From Microcoleus sp. (GTDB taxonomy: Bacteria > Cyanobacteriota > Cyanobacteriia > Cyanobacteriales > Microcoleaceae), in assembly GCA_042408215.1 (NCBI GenBank), contig JAYFMW010000008.1, forward strand, positions 1-64,000: DNA of 64,000 bases. The letters are read 5' to 3'. The translations under genes and the position numbers were made by a program. Position 1 is the first letter of the stretch. Each line of letters opens with the position of its first letter. Of the stretch, positions 25,363 through 35,565 are shown one piece after another. The notes under the pieces are model-generated. The model was not told the origin of the DNA, made no database searches, and saw only the letters and a list, made by a program, of their open reading frames with translations.

Positions 25363-27151
25363 GTCAGAAACCGGGTTTTTGTGAGAATATTTGGTGACAG
25401 TCGTAGAAACGCAAAAAAACCCGGTTTCTGAAGGTTTTGATGCGTCGGCGAGAAACCAGGTTTTTGTGAGAATATTTGGTGACAGTGTAGAAACGCAAAA
25501 AAACCCGGTTTCTTGGATTTTGATGCGTCGGCGAGAAACCAGGTTTTTGTGAGAATATTTGGTGACAGTCGTAGAAACGCAAAAAAACCCGGTTTCTGAA
25601 GGTTTTGATGCGTCGGCGAGAAACCAGGTTTTTGTGAGAATATTTGGTGACAGTGTAGAAACGCAAAAAAACCCGGTTTCTGAAGGTTTTGATGCGTCGG
25701 CGAGAAACCTGGTTTTTGTGAGAATATTTGGTGACTGGTGACAGTCGTAGAAACGCAAAAAAACCCGGTTTCTTGGATTTTGATGCGTCGGCGAGAAACC
25801 AGGTTTTTGTGAGAATATTTGGTGACAGTCGTAGAAACGCAAAAAAACCCGGTTTCTTGGATTTTGATGCGTCGGCGAGAAACCAGGTTTTTGTGAGAAT
25901 ATTTGGTGACAGTCGTAGAAACGCAAAAAAACCCGGTTTCTGAAGGTTTTGATGCGTCGGCGAGAAACCAGGTTTTTGTGAGAATATTTGGTGACAGTGT
26001 AGAAACGCAAAAAAACCCGGTTTCTGAAGGTTTTGATGCGTCGGCGAGAAACCTGGTTTTTGTGAGAATATTTGGTGACTGGTGACAGTCGTAGAAACGC
26101 AAAAAAACCCGGTTTCTTGGATTTTGATGCGTCGGCGAGAAACCAGGTTTTTGTGAGAATATTTGGTGACAGTCGTAGAAACGCAAAAAAACCCGGTTTC
26201 TTGGATTTTGATGCGTCGGCGAGAAACCAGGTTTTTGTGAGAATATTTGGTGACAGTCGTAGAAACGCAAAAAAACCCGGTTTCTGAAGGTTTTGATGCG
26301 TCGGCGAGAAACCAGGTTTTTGTGAGAATATTTGGTGACAGTGTAGAAACGCAAAAAAACCCGGTTTCTGAAGGTTTTGATGCGTCGGCGAGAAACCAGG
26401 TTTTTGTGAGAATATTTGGTGACAGTGTAGAAACGCAAAAAAACCCGGTTTCTGAAGGTTTTGATGCGTCGGCGAGAAACCGGGTTTTTGTGAGAATATT
26501 TGGTGACAGTGTAGAAACGCAAAAAAACCCGGTTTCTGAAGGTTTTGATGCGTCGGCGAGAAACCGGGTTTTTGTGAGAATATTTGGTGACAGTGTAGAA
26601 ACGCAAAAAAACCCGGTTTCTTGGATTTTGATGCGTCGGCGAGAAACCGGGTTTTTGTGAGAATATTTGGTGACAGTGTAGAAACGCAAAAAAACCCGGT
26701 TTCTGAAGGTTTTGATGCGTCGGCGAGAAACCAGGTTTTTGTGAGAATATTTGGTGACAGTGTAGAAACGCAAAAAAACCCGGTTTCTGAAGGTTTTGAT
26801 GCGTCGGCGAGAAACCAGGTTTTTGTGAGAATATTTGGTGACAGTGTAGAAACGCAAAAAAACCCGGTTTCTGAAGGTTTTGATGCGTCGGCGAGAAACC
26901 AGGTTTTTGTGAGAATATTTGGTGACAGTGTAGAAACGCAAAAAAACCCGGTTTCTGAAGGTTTTGATGCGTCGGCGAGAAACCAGGTTTTTGTGAGAAT
27001 ATTTGGTGACAGTCGTAGAAACGCAAAAAAACCCGGTTTCTGAAGGTTTTGATGCGTCGGCGAGAAACCAGGTTTTTGTGAGAATATTTGGTGACAGTGT
27101 AGAAACGCAAAAAAACCCGGTTTCTGAAGGTTTTGATGCGTAGGTCAGAAA
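25363..27151. repeat. Tandem array of 21 REP-like ~84-bp units
   Basis: 21 occurrences of gagaatatttggtgac; unit gagaaaccaggtttttgtgagaatatttggtgacagtgtagaaacgcaaaaaaacccggtttctgaaggttttgatgcgtcggc; homologous to the reverse complement of the 9223 array. Confidence 0.95.
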
Positions 27152-27152
27152 C

Positions 27153-27401
27153 GGACAAGAAATCTACCACGCCACCCACCAATTTTTCCTCACCAAACGC
27201 AGCCTCTACCTTTTCGTCTGCAACTGTCGCACCAGCGAAGACGAAAACCGCCTCGAATACTGGCTGAAACTGATCGAAAGCTTCGGCGACGCATCCCCCG
27301 TCATCATCGTCGGTAACAAGTGCGACGAACAACCCCTGGATCTCAACCGCAAAGCCTTGCGCGACAAATATCCCAACATCAAAGCCATTATCGAAACCTG
27401 C
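27153..27401 (+). pseudogene. Roc GTPase domain fragment (Roco/LRR-Roc-COR family)
   Basis: Reads GQEIYHATHQFFLTKRSLYL...YWLKLIESFGDASPVIIVGNKCD (G3-adjacent and G4 NKxD motifs); no start codon, begins at the array edge. Confidence 0.8.
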
Positions 27402-27437
27402 TATCTAAAACCCGGACAAACCCGGATATTAGTTGAC

Positions 27438-28839
27438 ACTTCATCAGGTAGCGACGGCGCAATTAACCCTCTGTGTCCAGACTCGATTTTTTTATTAATT
27501 TTATATTAACATAGCAATGCTATGTTAATATAACAAAGAGAAGGCAACAAAAATGTTTGGATGCCAACAAAATCTAATTAGTCCCGATCGAGACCTGAAA
27601 GCAATTCTATAATTCCTTTGCAGTGAGTCGTCAAAATTGACTAATTGCGGCATCTATTAGGCTCGTCAGATGTACTTCAATACTGGCAAAATACCTACTA
27701 GGGCAGATTTACACAAAGTGCTGGGTACTGAGAATCGAAACCTGCATTACAAAGCATTTTATTCAGATACCGCGCAGCAGATTTTGACCACTGTCGCCGA
27801 GTCTTTTAAGTCCTACATTGGACTAAAAGGGCTTAACAAAGGGACAGTAACTCAAAGACCTAGATTCCCTAACTATCGGCAAGGCGGTCTAGCTTTAGTG
27901 ACCTATACAGGTCGTTCCGTCCGACTCAAAGACGGGTTATTAAGATTTCCACTCGGTAGCAAGGTTAAGACTTGGTTTGGATTGGACGCTTTCTATCTGC
28001 CTCTGCCTACAAACTTAGAACACAAAGCAATCAGAGAGTATAGAATCCTGCCTAGAAACGGCTCCTTCTATTTAGAATTGGTCTACAAAACGGAGGATAT
28101 TCAAGCAGATGTAGACCCATCTAAAGCCTTGATGATAGACCACGGAATGAACAATTGGCTAACCTGTGTAAGTAATACTGGGACTAGCTTGATCGTGGAC
28201 GGCTTGCATCTGAAGTCTATCAATCAAGGTTATAACAAGCGCGTTGCCTTTTTGATGGAAGGGAAAGTAAATGGTTATTGGTCGTTAAGACTTGAGCGAT
28301 TGACTGAAAATCGAAATCCTACGATGCGAGATGCTATCAATAAAGCCGCTAGAAAAGTAATCAATCATTGTTTAGTCAACTATCTAGGAACCGTGATATT
28401 CGGTTGGAATGTTGGGATTAAAAATGGTGTCAACAGGGGATCTAAGACTAACCAAAAGTTTGTCCAAATTCCCACTGGTAGACTAAAAAATAGAATCGAT
28501 CAACTGTGCGAACAGTACGGGATTCGGTTTGTAGAAACTGAAGAATCCTATACCTCCAAAGCTTCGTTTGTCGATCTTGATGTGTTACCTAAATTCGGCG
28601 AAAAACCTGAAGGGTGGCTACCATTTGGTAAACGAGTTAAGCGCGGATTGTATCGCACCCAAGAAGGTTTGTTGATAAATGCAGACTGCAATGGAGCAGC
28701 TAATATCGGTCGAAAAGTAGCGGCAACTTTGGGGCTTTGCCTTAAAGAAGTCAGTAGAGGTGCCTTGATAACGCCTTTGAAAGTCCCTTTGTGGTCTTAG
28801 TCAAGAATCCCCGTCCCGGAGCGGGCTGGGGATTATCAA
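27438..28839 (+). mobile_element. Non-autonomous IS200/IS605-family (IS1341-like) element carrying tnpB
   Basis: Preceded by TTGAC (27433-27437); right-end hairpin aatccccg...ggggatt followed by TCAA at 28836-28839; no tnpA. Confidence 0.65.
27553..28800 (+). pseudogene. tnpB: TnpB RNA-guided endonuclease with two in-frame stops
   Basis: ATG 27553 (MFGCQQNL) in frame with ORF 27670..28800; TAA 27610-27612, TAG 27658-27660; RuvC motifs IDHG, TEESYTSK, INADCNGA. Confidence 0.85.
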
Positions 28840-28891
28840 GCAGACTACATAAAACCTGTTAATGGGCGGACTTTGGCTCAAATCTCCAACT

Positions 28892-29821
28892 TTACTGTCT
28901 CTTTTGAAAGTTGCGCGGGCCGCTGTAGCCAGAGAATTCAGCGAGTTTTTCTAAAGATTGAGTCCCCGAATAAAACTGACCTTTAATCTCCCAAGTCGGG
29001 AAACCTTTAACATTAGCAGCGGCAGCTTGGCAAAGTGCAGTGCGGGAATTTTGGCCTTTGAGATCGCATTCAACGTAATCGATTATGGCAGTAGCTTCTT
29101 TACCAAAAAGCATTTTTTGGTCGTAGCAGTGGGGACACCAGTAAGCGCCGTATTCTTTCGCGCCGATTTGTCTGAGGTGGCGGGCTAAAGCAATTTCTGC
29201 TGGGCCGGAGGTAGTAGTAACGGCTGGAGGTGCAATACCGGGGGTAGAGACTGTAGAGACGGGTGCGTTGACGCTGTTGTAAAGTCCCAAGGCGGCGATC
29301 GAACTCACCATTGCCACCAAAATGCCTGTAAACACCAGTTGACCAATATCTTCCCACTCGTGTCCAAGCAGCACCAGCACAAACAGGGAGAGGGAAAATA
29401 GAGCAGAACTGACGCAATAAATGCACAATTCCTGAATTTCAAAAGCCATCAAATACATCAAGTAACTGCTGAAAACTACCATCGCAGCAGTGAGGACAAA
29501 TAGCCCTTGCCAAGTCCAGTTTTCCAGTTGAGAGTGCAGTCCTTTATTGGTATCAGGATTTACAGCTTTGGGAGCGAATGCCATAATTCCTATAGTCAAG
29601 TAAGCTAAAAAACCTAACAAACTTAAAGGCAATACGCCCAAGATTGTAGCGTAGGGACTGTTGAGAACTTTGTCGCAGCCGCTGGTGGGACAAAGGACTG
29701 AGCCTGTCGTGAATTTGGCGATCGTGAGATAGGTAGTTTCTACGACGCCGATGGCTGCGATCGCAGCCATTATAGTCCGAGACCAGCGATGAATCCAAGG
29801 GGTTGAACGTCGGCGAATCAT
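28892..29821 (-). CDS. VKOR + thioredoxin-like disulfide formation protein (DsbAB/LTO1-like)
   Basis: CPTSGCDKVLNSPY, CIYC, YGAYWCPHC, GFPTW. Confidence 0.93.
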   Translation of the reverse strand: MIRRRSTPWIHRWSRTIMAAIAAIGVVETTYLTIAKFTTGSVLCPTSGCDKVLNSPYATILGVLPLSLLGFLAYLTIGIMAFAPKAVNPDTNKGLHSQLENWTWQGLFVLTAAMVVFSSYLMYLMAFEIQELCIYCVSSALFSLSLFVLVLLGHEWEDIGQLVFTGILVAMVSSIAALGLYNSVNAPVSTVSTPGIAPPAVTTTSGPAEIALARHLRQIGAKEYGAYWCPHCYDQKMLFGKEATAIIDYVECDLKGQNSRTALCQAAAANVKGFPTWEIKGQFYSGTQSLEKLAEFSGYSGPRNFQKRQ

Positions 29822-29862
29822 TTTTCTATTTGAGATAAAACAGTTGAAAGTGAAAAACTCAA

Positions 29863-30135
29863 GTTATTGGTTATTGGTTATTGGTTATTGGTTATTGGTT
29901 ATTGGTTATTGGTTATTGGTTATTGGTTATTGGTTATTGGTTATTGGTTATTGGTTATTGGTTATTGGTTCTTAGTTATTGGTTATTGGTTATTGGTTAT
30001 TAGTTATTAGAACCAACAACTAACAACCAACAAATAACAACTCACAACTAACAACCAACAAATAACAACTCACAACCAACCAACAAATAACAACCAACCC
30101 ATTACCTATTACCCATTACCAATTACCCAATCCAT
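29863..30135. repeat. STRR block (ttattgg)n followed by complementary-type (aacaact/caaataa)n
   Basis: Long run of ttattgg heptamers, then inverted-type heptamers. Confidence 0.9.
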
Positions 30136-30136
30136 T

Positions 30137-31024
30137 TTACTTTTGACTTTTGACTTTACCCAGTTCCGGCGTCAGCGCGCGAGAGCCATTAGCCTCGCTG
30201 TTTTCCTGTTGGCGCTCTTTCTCCGACAAGCTGCGGCGGGTGGCTTCTACAAATTGACTGACGCGGATCGGATCGATGGGTTGATCGATGCGACCATTTC
30301 GCTTCAGCGAACTCGAAACAATTACGCCGTCAGCCGCCTGCATGAGGGTGGAAATGTTTTCCCAGGAGGCGCCACTGCCGATGAAAACTGGAATTCCCGC
30401 CACCGCTGCACTCGCAAGTTCCAAGTCTTCGAGATTGGGAGGGCTGCCGGTCGTCGGGCCAGACAGGATCACGGCGTCGGCTAAAGCGCGCTCGATCGTC
30501 TCTTGGACGGCGGTGGTCAAGTTGGGGCTGCCTAGGGGTCGCCCGTGCTTGACTAACACGTCTGCGAATATTTTGACATCGCTGCCCAATTCTCGCCGAT
30601 AGCGCAATAGCTGGTGAGCTTGGCCTTCGATTAAGCCTTGGTCTGTGGCCATGATGCCGTTGAAAACGTTGACGCGGATGAATTGGGCGCTGGTACAGGA
30701 GGCGATGGCGATCGCGCTGTGGGCATCGTTTCGGAGGACATTAATCCCGATCGGCAATGTCACCAGGTTGGTCAGCCTCTCGACTACCAGCGTCATCGCA
30801 CTCACCACGGCTGGATCTACACTGTCTTTGGCAAAAGGAGCGTCAAAAAAATTTTCGACTATGATACCGTTTGCGCCGCCAGAAGCCAGCGCTGTAGCCT
30901 CTTGCTCGGCTCTTCCGATAATCGCTTTGAGATTCCCCCCCCAGCGGGGAGAGGTTGGCAGAGGTTGTAAATGTACGACACCGATTATGGGATTCGGCGT
31001 TTTGAATATTTGTTTTAAGTCCAC
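30137..31024 (-). CDS. btpA: Photosystem I biogenesis protein BtpA
   Basis: IGVVHL.PLPTSP, VENFFDAPF, GINVLRND, ADVLVKH; GTG start at 31024 assumed. Confidence 0.93.
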   Translation of the reverse strand: MDLKQIFKTPNPIIGVVHLQPLPTSPRWGGNLKAIIGRAEQEATALASGGANGIIVENFFDAPFAKDSVDPAVVSAMTLVVERLTNLVTLPIGINVLRNDAHSAIAIASCTSAQFIRVNVFNGIMATDQGLIEGQAHQLLRYRRELGSDVKIFADVLVKHGRPLGSPNLTTAVQETIERALADAVILSGPTTGSPPNLEDLELASAAVAGIPVFIGSGASWENISTLMQAADGVIVSSSLKRNGRIDQPIDPIRVSQFVEATRRSLSEKERQQENSEANGSRALTPELGKVKSQK

Positions 31025-31223
31025 GGGTTTCCTGAAAACCACCAACTTGACTGACGGCTGACGGCGAATTTTGACGGTATATTTTAGAATTTTATATCCA
31101 CAGAGGCGATCGGTGACTTAATTACCCAGTTAACTGGCTAAAAGCCCGAAGTCGTCCGATTTGGGATTTGAGATTTGAGATTTGAGATTTCTGCCCTGGA
31201 TAAGTTCGATCGAGGTTTTGAGT

Positions 31224-32204
31224 TTGAAAATTGCTCTCATAATTTTGGCTGTCACCGCAGGATTGTTGACAGTGCTGGAAGTGCTGCTGCGGGTGCTGCT
31301 AGGTTTTGGCAATCCCTTGATTTACATGGCTGATGCCGAGTGCGGCTATTTGTTGGTGCCCAACCAGAGGGTGCGTCGCTTGGGGAACCGGATTGTGATT
31401 AACCAGTATTCGATGCGATCGCGCTCGATCGCCCCGCTCCCGGAGCCAGAAACTCTGCGCGTTTTGCTGTTGGGAGATTCGGTTGCCAACGGCGGTTGGT
31501 GGACGGATCAGACAGATACCATATCGGAAATCATGGCTCGGCAGTTGAGGCTGCAATTACCCAATCTGGCAACCAATGCACAACTGCATTCAAAAGTCAA
31601 GGATTCCGACTGTGAAGTTCTCAACGCCTCAGCCAATTCTTGGGGGCCGAGGAATCAACTTGCTTACGCCCAGCGGTTCGGTCTTTTTGGGGCAAAGGTG
31701 TTGGTGTTGCTGCTGAATACGGACGATTTGTTTGGATCAGCTCCTTCTGCTGCGGTGGTGGGGCGCGATCGATCTTACCCCGATCGCAAACCCCGATTAG
31801 CTACAGTAGAGTTATTGCGTCGCTACCTACTGCCAGCAGAGCCAGCGGGTGACAAAACAGCACCCGCACCAGAAACTGGCGATTTAGTAGGCTGCAACTT
31901 AGAAGCTATTCGCAAAATTCAGACAATAGCAGAATCTGCCAACGTCCAGTTTTTGCTAGCCATGACACCCAAACGGCACGAACTCGGCGCTCCGGGCCCT
32001 CGCGACTGGGAAGTCAAGGCTCGTGAGCGTCTCGCCGAACAAGTCGCAACAGAGAAAATTACTTACATAGATTTTCTTCCTATTTTCAATTCAGCGACGG
32101 AACTTCCAAATTTGTATCGAGACAGCATTCACCTCAGTCCTCAAGGTAATCAGCTAGTTAGCCAAACCATCATTCGTCAAATAGTCCACATCTCTTTGAG
32201 ATAA
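31224..32204 (+). CDS. SGNH/GDSL hydrolase family protein
   Basis: N-terminal TM helix, LGDSVANGG, DSIH; TTG start assumed. Confidence 0.85.
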   Translation: MKIALIILAVTAGLLTVLEVLLRVLLGFGNPLIYMADAECGYLLVPNQRVRRLGNRIVINQYSMRSRSIAPLPEPETLRVLLLGDSVANGGWWTDQTDTISEIMARQLRLQLPNLATNAQLHSKVKDSDCEVLNASANSWGPRNQLAYAQRFGLFGAKVLVLLLNTDDLFGSAPSAAVVGRDRSYPDRKPRLATVELLRRYLLPAEPAGDKTAPAPETGDLVGCNLEAIRKIQTIAESANVQFLLAMTPKRHELGAPGPRDWEVKARERLAEQVATEKITYIDFLPIFNSATELPNLYRDSIHLSPQGNQLVSQTIIRQIVHISLR

Positions 32205-32344
32205 TTTGGCATAAATCGTGGCATAAATCGTGACATCGAATCCGGTTGCACAGGTACTGTTACCAAAGTAACGAACAACAAACCCAAACTGTAAAAGCAC
32301 CCGGAAACGACTCTCCGTGTCATTCTGACCGCAGGGAAGAATTT

Positions 32345-33397
32345 CTAACTAACTTGCAAAGTAGACTCTAGCTCTTTCGGATACCAAGCTTGACCATCGA
32401 GAGCTATTTGCTCGATCGAACTCGCAAGCCGCAGAGCTTTGAGAGCTTGTTCTCCCCCAACAGAAGGCTGATTTCCACCCCGCACGCAATTAATAAAATG
32501 CTCCAACTCTGCGTGGAGCGGTTCAATATTGCTGGTGTAAACTTTCTCGATCAACCCATCTTGACGGTAAAGCACCTGACCGTAATCTGTCACGTAATTT
32601 GCGGTTGTTTGTCGGTGAATCAAGATTTCGTTGTTGAGAAAATCTGCCTCGGTCAGAGAATTTTTGCAGTGAGCCACGATTGAACGGAGTTTGCGGTGCG
32701 TCACCTTACTCGCAGTCAGGGTAGCCACAATGCCGTTAGCAAAGTTTAAAGTAGCTGTTACATAGTCTAAATAACCCGAATCTGAAGCCCTACTGCCGCT
32801 AGCCGTCAGCTTCACCACTGGGGAAGCTGCCAATTCCAGCAGCAAGTCGATGTCGTGGATCATTAAATCCAAGACTACCGATACATCGTTGGCCCGATCG
32901 GAATAGGGACTCATCCGGTGAGCTTCCAAGGCCAGCAACTCTTCAGTTTTCAGCACTTTGCCGAGTTCCTGAAACGCTGGATTAAAGCGCTCGATGTGAC
33001 CCACTTGCAAAATCCGGTGGGATTCTGCGGCCGCGTTGACCAAAGATTCGGCTTCAGCAATACTAGCCGCGATCGGCTTTTCAATTAAAACGTGAACACC
33101 CGCTTGGAGACAAGACATCCCCACAGGGTGGTGCAGGCGAGTTGGAACGGCGATGCAAACTGCATCGACGTGGGCGAGCAAATCCCGGTAGTCTTCAAAG
33201 AAGCGAACCCGGTACTTGCTGGCTACATCAATTCCCCGCTCTACATTTATGTCTGCAACACCCACGAGTTCGATATCTTTTAGCAAGCTCAGAACTCGCG
33301 TGTGGTGCTGGCCCATATTGCCAACCCCAATGATCCCAATGCGAAGGGGTTCGGGTTGACCTCGCTGGGCAAAAACGTTTGCGTATCCTAATGACAT
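32345..33397 (-). CDS. Gfo/Idh/MocA family oxidoreductase
   Basis: GVGNMG, EKPIA, VGHIERFNP, DLMIHDID; start uncertain (33397 or 33439). Confidence 0.92.
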   Translation of the reverse strand: MSLGYANVFAQRGQPEPLRIGIIGVGNMGQHHTRVLSLLKDIELVGVADINVERGIDVASKYRVRFFEDYRDLLAHVDAVCIAVPTRLHHPVGMSCLQAGVHVLIEKPIAASIAEAESLVNAAAESHRILQVGHIERFNPAFQELGKVLKTEELLALEAHRMSPYSDRANDVSVVLDLMIHDIDLLLELAASPVVKLTASGSRASDSGYLDYVTATLNFANGIVATLTASKVTHRKLRSIVAHCKNSLTEADFLNNEILIHRQTTANYVTDYGQVLYRQDGLIEKVYTSNIEPLHAELEHFINCVRGGNQPSVGGEQALKALRLASSIEQIALDGQAWYPKELESTLQVS

Positions 33398-33620
33398 TCT
33401 ATCTAGCACTCCTGGATTCTCCTCCACCACAGGAATCAAGCCGTTTGGCTTCCCTCAGCTACTCACAGCCATCCAGATAGTATCACAGTCAATCTATTTG
33501 TAAAGAATTTCTAAGTTTTCAGATGTTGAGGGAAGAGGGAAGAGGGAAGAGGGAAGAGGGAAGAAGGTTTTGTCAACAGTCCTCGACGCACTCCGACTCC
33601 GACTTCTGCCTTTTTCCGTT

Positions 33621-34952
33621 CTACCTCCTGTCTTCGGAAGATATGCGAGTTGCAAAATTTTGCGATCGATTGGGAGACAAAGCCCTGGCTTTCAAAATCG
33701 CTGCTACCAAAAACGCATAGGACAAAACTCCCACCGCAGCCAGCAACAGTACGCTGACACTTCCCGACGCATTCCACAAAGCGTGAAGCGCGGCAGCGGT
33801 GAAATAGCCTACGCCCAAAATTTGCCAGCGCTTCCTTGGTTTGAGGGCGCTCAACCCGATAAAATATCCCAGATAGCCGCTGTAAGCCATGTGTCCGGCG
33901 ACGGAGCCCAAAATTCGGGGAATTAGCAACTGCAATCCTACTAATTCTCCGGCGTCTGACCCTGCTTGTAGAGTGACATTTTGAATAATATTCGGAACGT
34001 ACTGTCCCAGAGTTTCTAATAGTGTAAAGCCAACTGCGGAGGCACTTCCTAACAGAATTCCGTCTAAAGGTTCCCAAACTCCGATGCGATCGCGCCAGGG
34101 ATTTCGCAACAAATTTCCCAGCAACATCGCGCCCAAGACTGGCAAGGCTTTCAGCAATTCTTCCATCAGCCCCGCCCCGAAAAACATTCGGATTAAGAAA
34201 GCCAAAAAACTGATTTGTTCGCCTTCTGCTGGCAGTCGTCCGGGCAAAATTTCTCTAAATACTACTATAAAGCCAATCAATAACGGGCTGAGTAAAATTA
34301 AGACGGTAGCTAAGGCAGAACAAAATAAGATCCACCAAGGCTTGTGTTTGCCGCACAGTTGATATATGAAATAGTAAGCTGCACCGGAAAGGTAAGCGGC
34401 CAGCAGAAAATTGAAAGCTGCTGAATTTCCGACTGCTACAAACATCGACACGACAAAAATAACTGTGGCAATTCCGGGATATAAGTAGGCTTTCTGTCTT
34501 AAGTGTTTTCCTGTTGAGGCGATCGGGAATAATTGAGTGAAAGTTAGACCTTCCTTTTCGCCCGCGTTAGAAAAGCTCTGATTTGCGGTTGGGAATCCGG
34601 GTTTATTTGGGTGAGGGGTTGGGGGAGTTTCAAATATAAATTCAGGGCCGTCAATACCGAGACTGATGCGATCGCCCGTTTCTAAAATTTGGCAGCCTTG
34701 CAGCCTTGTGCCATTTAAATAAGTTCCGTTTGCGCTGTTGAGGTCGCAAATTTCCCATTTAGGAAAATTGCCATTACTCAGGGGACGGACTGTGGCGTGG
34801 CGACGGGAAACCATAGCGTAGGCGATCGATTCCAAGGCTATTTGACAACTTCGATCGCGTCCGATCGCCACTTCCATAATTTCCGAAAGTGGGTACTTGG
34901 ATACTGTCGCACCCACAGCACCTTGAGCTGACACTTGTCGCAGAAATCCCAT
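33621..34952 (-). CDS. FHA domain + PrsW-family intramembrane protease
   Basis: FHA (IGRD, VSRRHA, DLNSANG); PrsW (EELLK, GFTLLE, GHMAYS, HALWN). Confidence 0.9.
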   Translation of the reverse strand: MGFLRQVSAQGAVGATVSKYPLSEIMEVAIGRDRSCQIALESIAYAMVSRRHATVRPLSNGNFPKWEICDLNSANGTYLNGTRLQGCQILETGDRISLGIDGPEFIFETPPTPHPNKPGFPTANQSFSNAGEKEGLTFTQLFPIASTGKHLRQKAYLYPGIATVIFVVSMFVAVGNSAAFNFLLAAYLSGAAYYFIYQLCGKHKPWWILFCSALATVLILLSPLLIGFIVVFREILPGRLPAEGEQISFLAFLIRMFFGAGLMEELLKALPVLGAMLLGNLLRNPWRDRIGVWEPLDGILLGSASAVGFTLLETLGQYVPNIIQNVTLQAGSDAGELVGLQLLIPRILGSVAGHMAYSGYLGYFIGLSALKPRKRWQILGVGYFTAAALHALWNASGSVSVLLLAAVGVLSYAFLVAAILKARALSPNRSQNFATRISSEDRR

Positions 34953-34953
34953 C

Positions 34954-35361
34954 TTATTAGTTATTAGTTATTAGTCATTAGTTATTAGTCATTAGTCATT
35001 AGTCATTAGTCATTAGTCATTAGTCATCAGTCATTAGTCATTAGTCATTAGTCATTAGTTATTAGTTATTAGTCATTAGTCATTAGTCATTAGTCATTAG
35101 TCATTAGTCATTAGTTATTAGTTATTAGTCATTAGTCATTAGTCATCAGTCATCAGTCATAGTTATTAATCATTAGTTATTTGTGATTGATGATTGGCAA
35201 TCGGTTATTAGTTATTAGTAACAATCAACAACTAACCACTAACACCTAACAACTAGAAATCAACAACAAGTAATATAGGGCAACTCACCAAGAACAAATA
35301 ACAAATAACAACTGACTAATGACTGCTGACTAATGACTAATGACTGCTGACTAATGACTAA
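34954..35361. repeat. STRR block (cattagt/tattagt)n with inverted (actaatg)n
   Basis: Long run of heptamers 34954-35180; complementary gactaat units at 35314-35360. Confidence 0.9.
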
Positions 35362-35565
35362 TTATAAATTTGCTCTAGCATCCCGAACGGCTGCATAGAA
35401 AAATAGCCCTGTGAGCGGTACACTGAGGGCGAGGATGATGCCTGTGACTACAGTGCCGAGTTGAGCTTCTCCCGAAGATAGCTCAAAGACTGAGCCGACT
35501 GCGGCGATCGCAGCAATGCACGAAAGAGCTAAAAATAAACTACTTTTTGGAGTTCCTGCCATCAT
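35362..35565 (-). CDS. Small two-TM membrane protein
   Basis: 67-aa ORF overlapping the def stop (ATGA); two hydrophobic helices. Confidence 0.7.
   Translation of the reverse strand: MMAGTPKSSLFLALSCIAAIAAVGSVFELSSGEAQLGTVVTGIILALSVPLTGLFFYAAVRDARANL

Noticed and set aside
25309..27332. Long ORFs (665, 525, 233 aa) over the array
   Set aside because: Produced by stop-free repeat units with frame switching at indels; the 5' part is antisense to the Roc fragment
16470..27660. Stop-codon reassignment or programmed readthrough explaining in-frame TAA/TAG
   Set aside because: Stops replace different expected residues (Leu, Glu, Tyr) and housekeeping genes end normally in TAA/TAG
25363..28800. 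CRISPR-like array paired with a TnpB/Cas12f-type effector
   Set aside because: No unique spacers, the same repeat family occurs elsewhere without TnpB, and the tnpB has its own IS ends and nonsense codons; proximity looks coincidental
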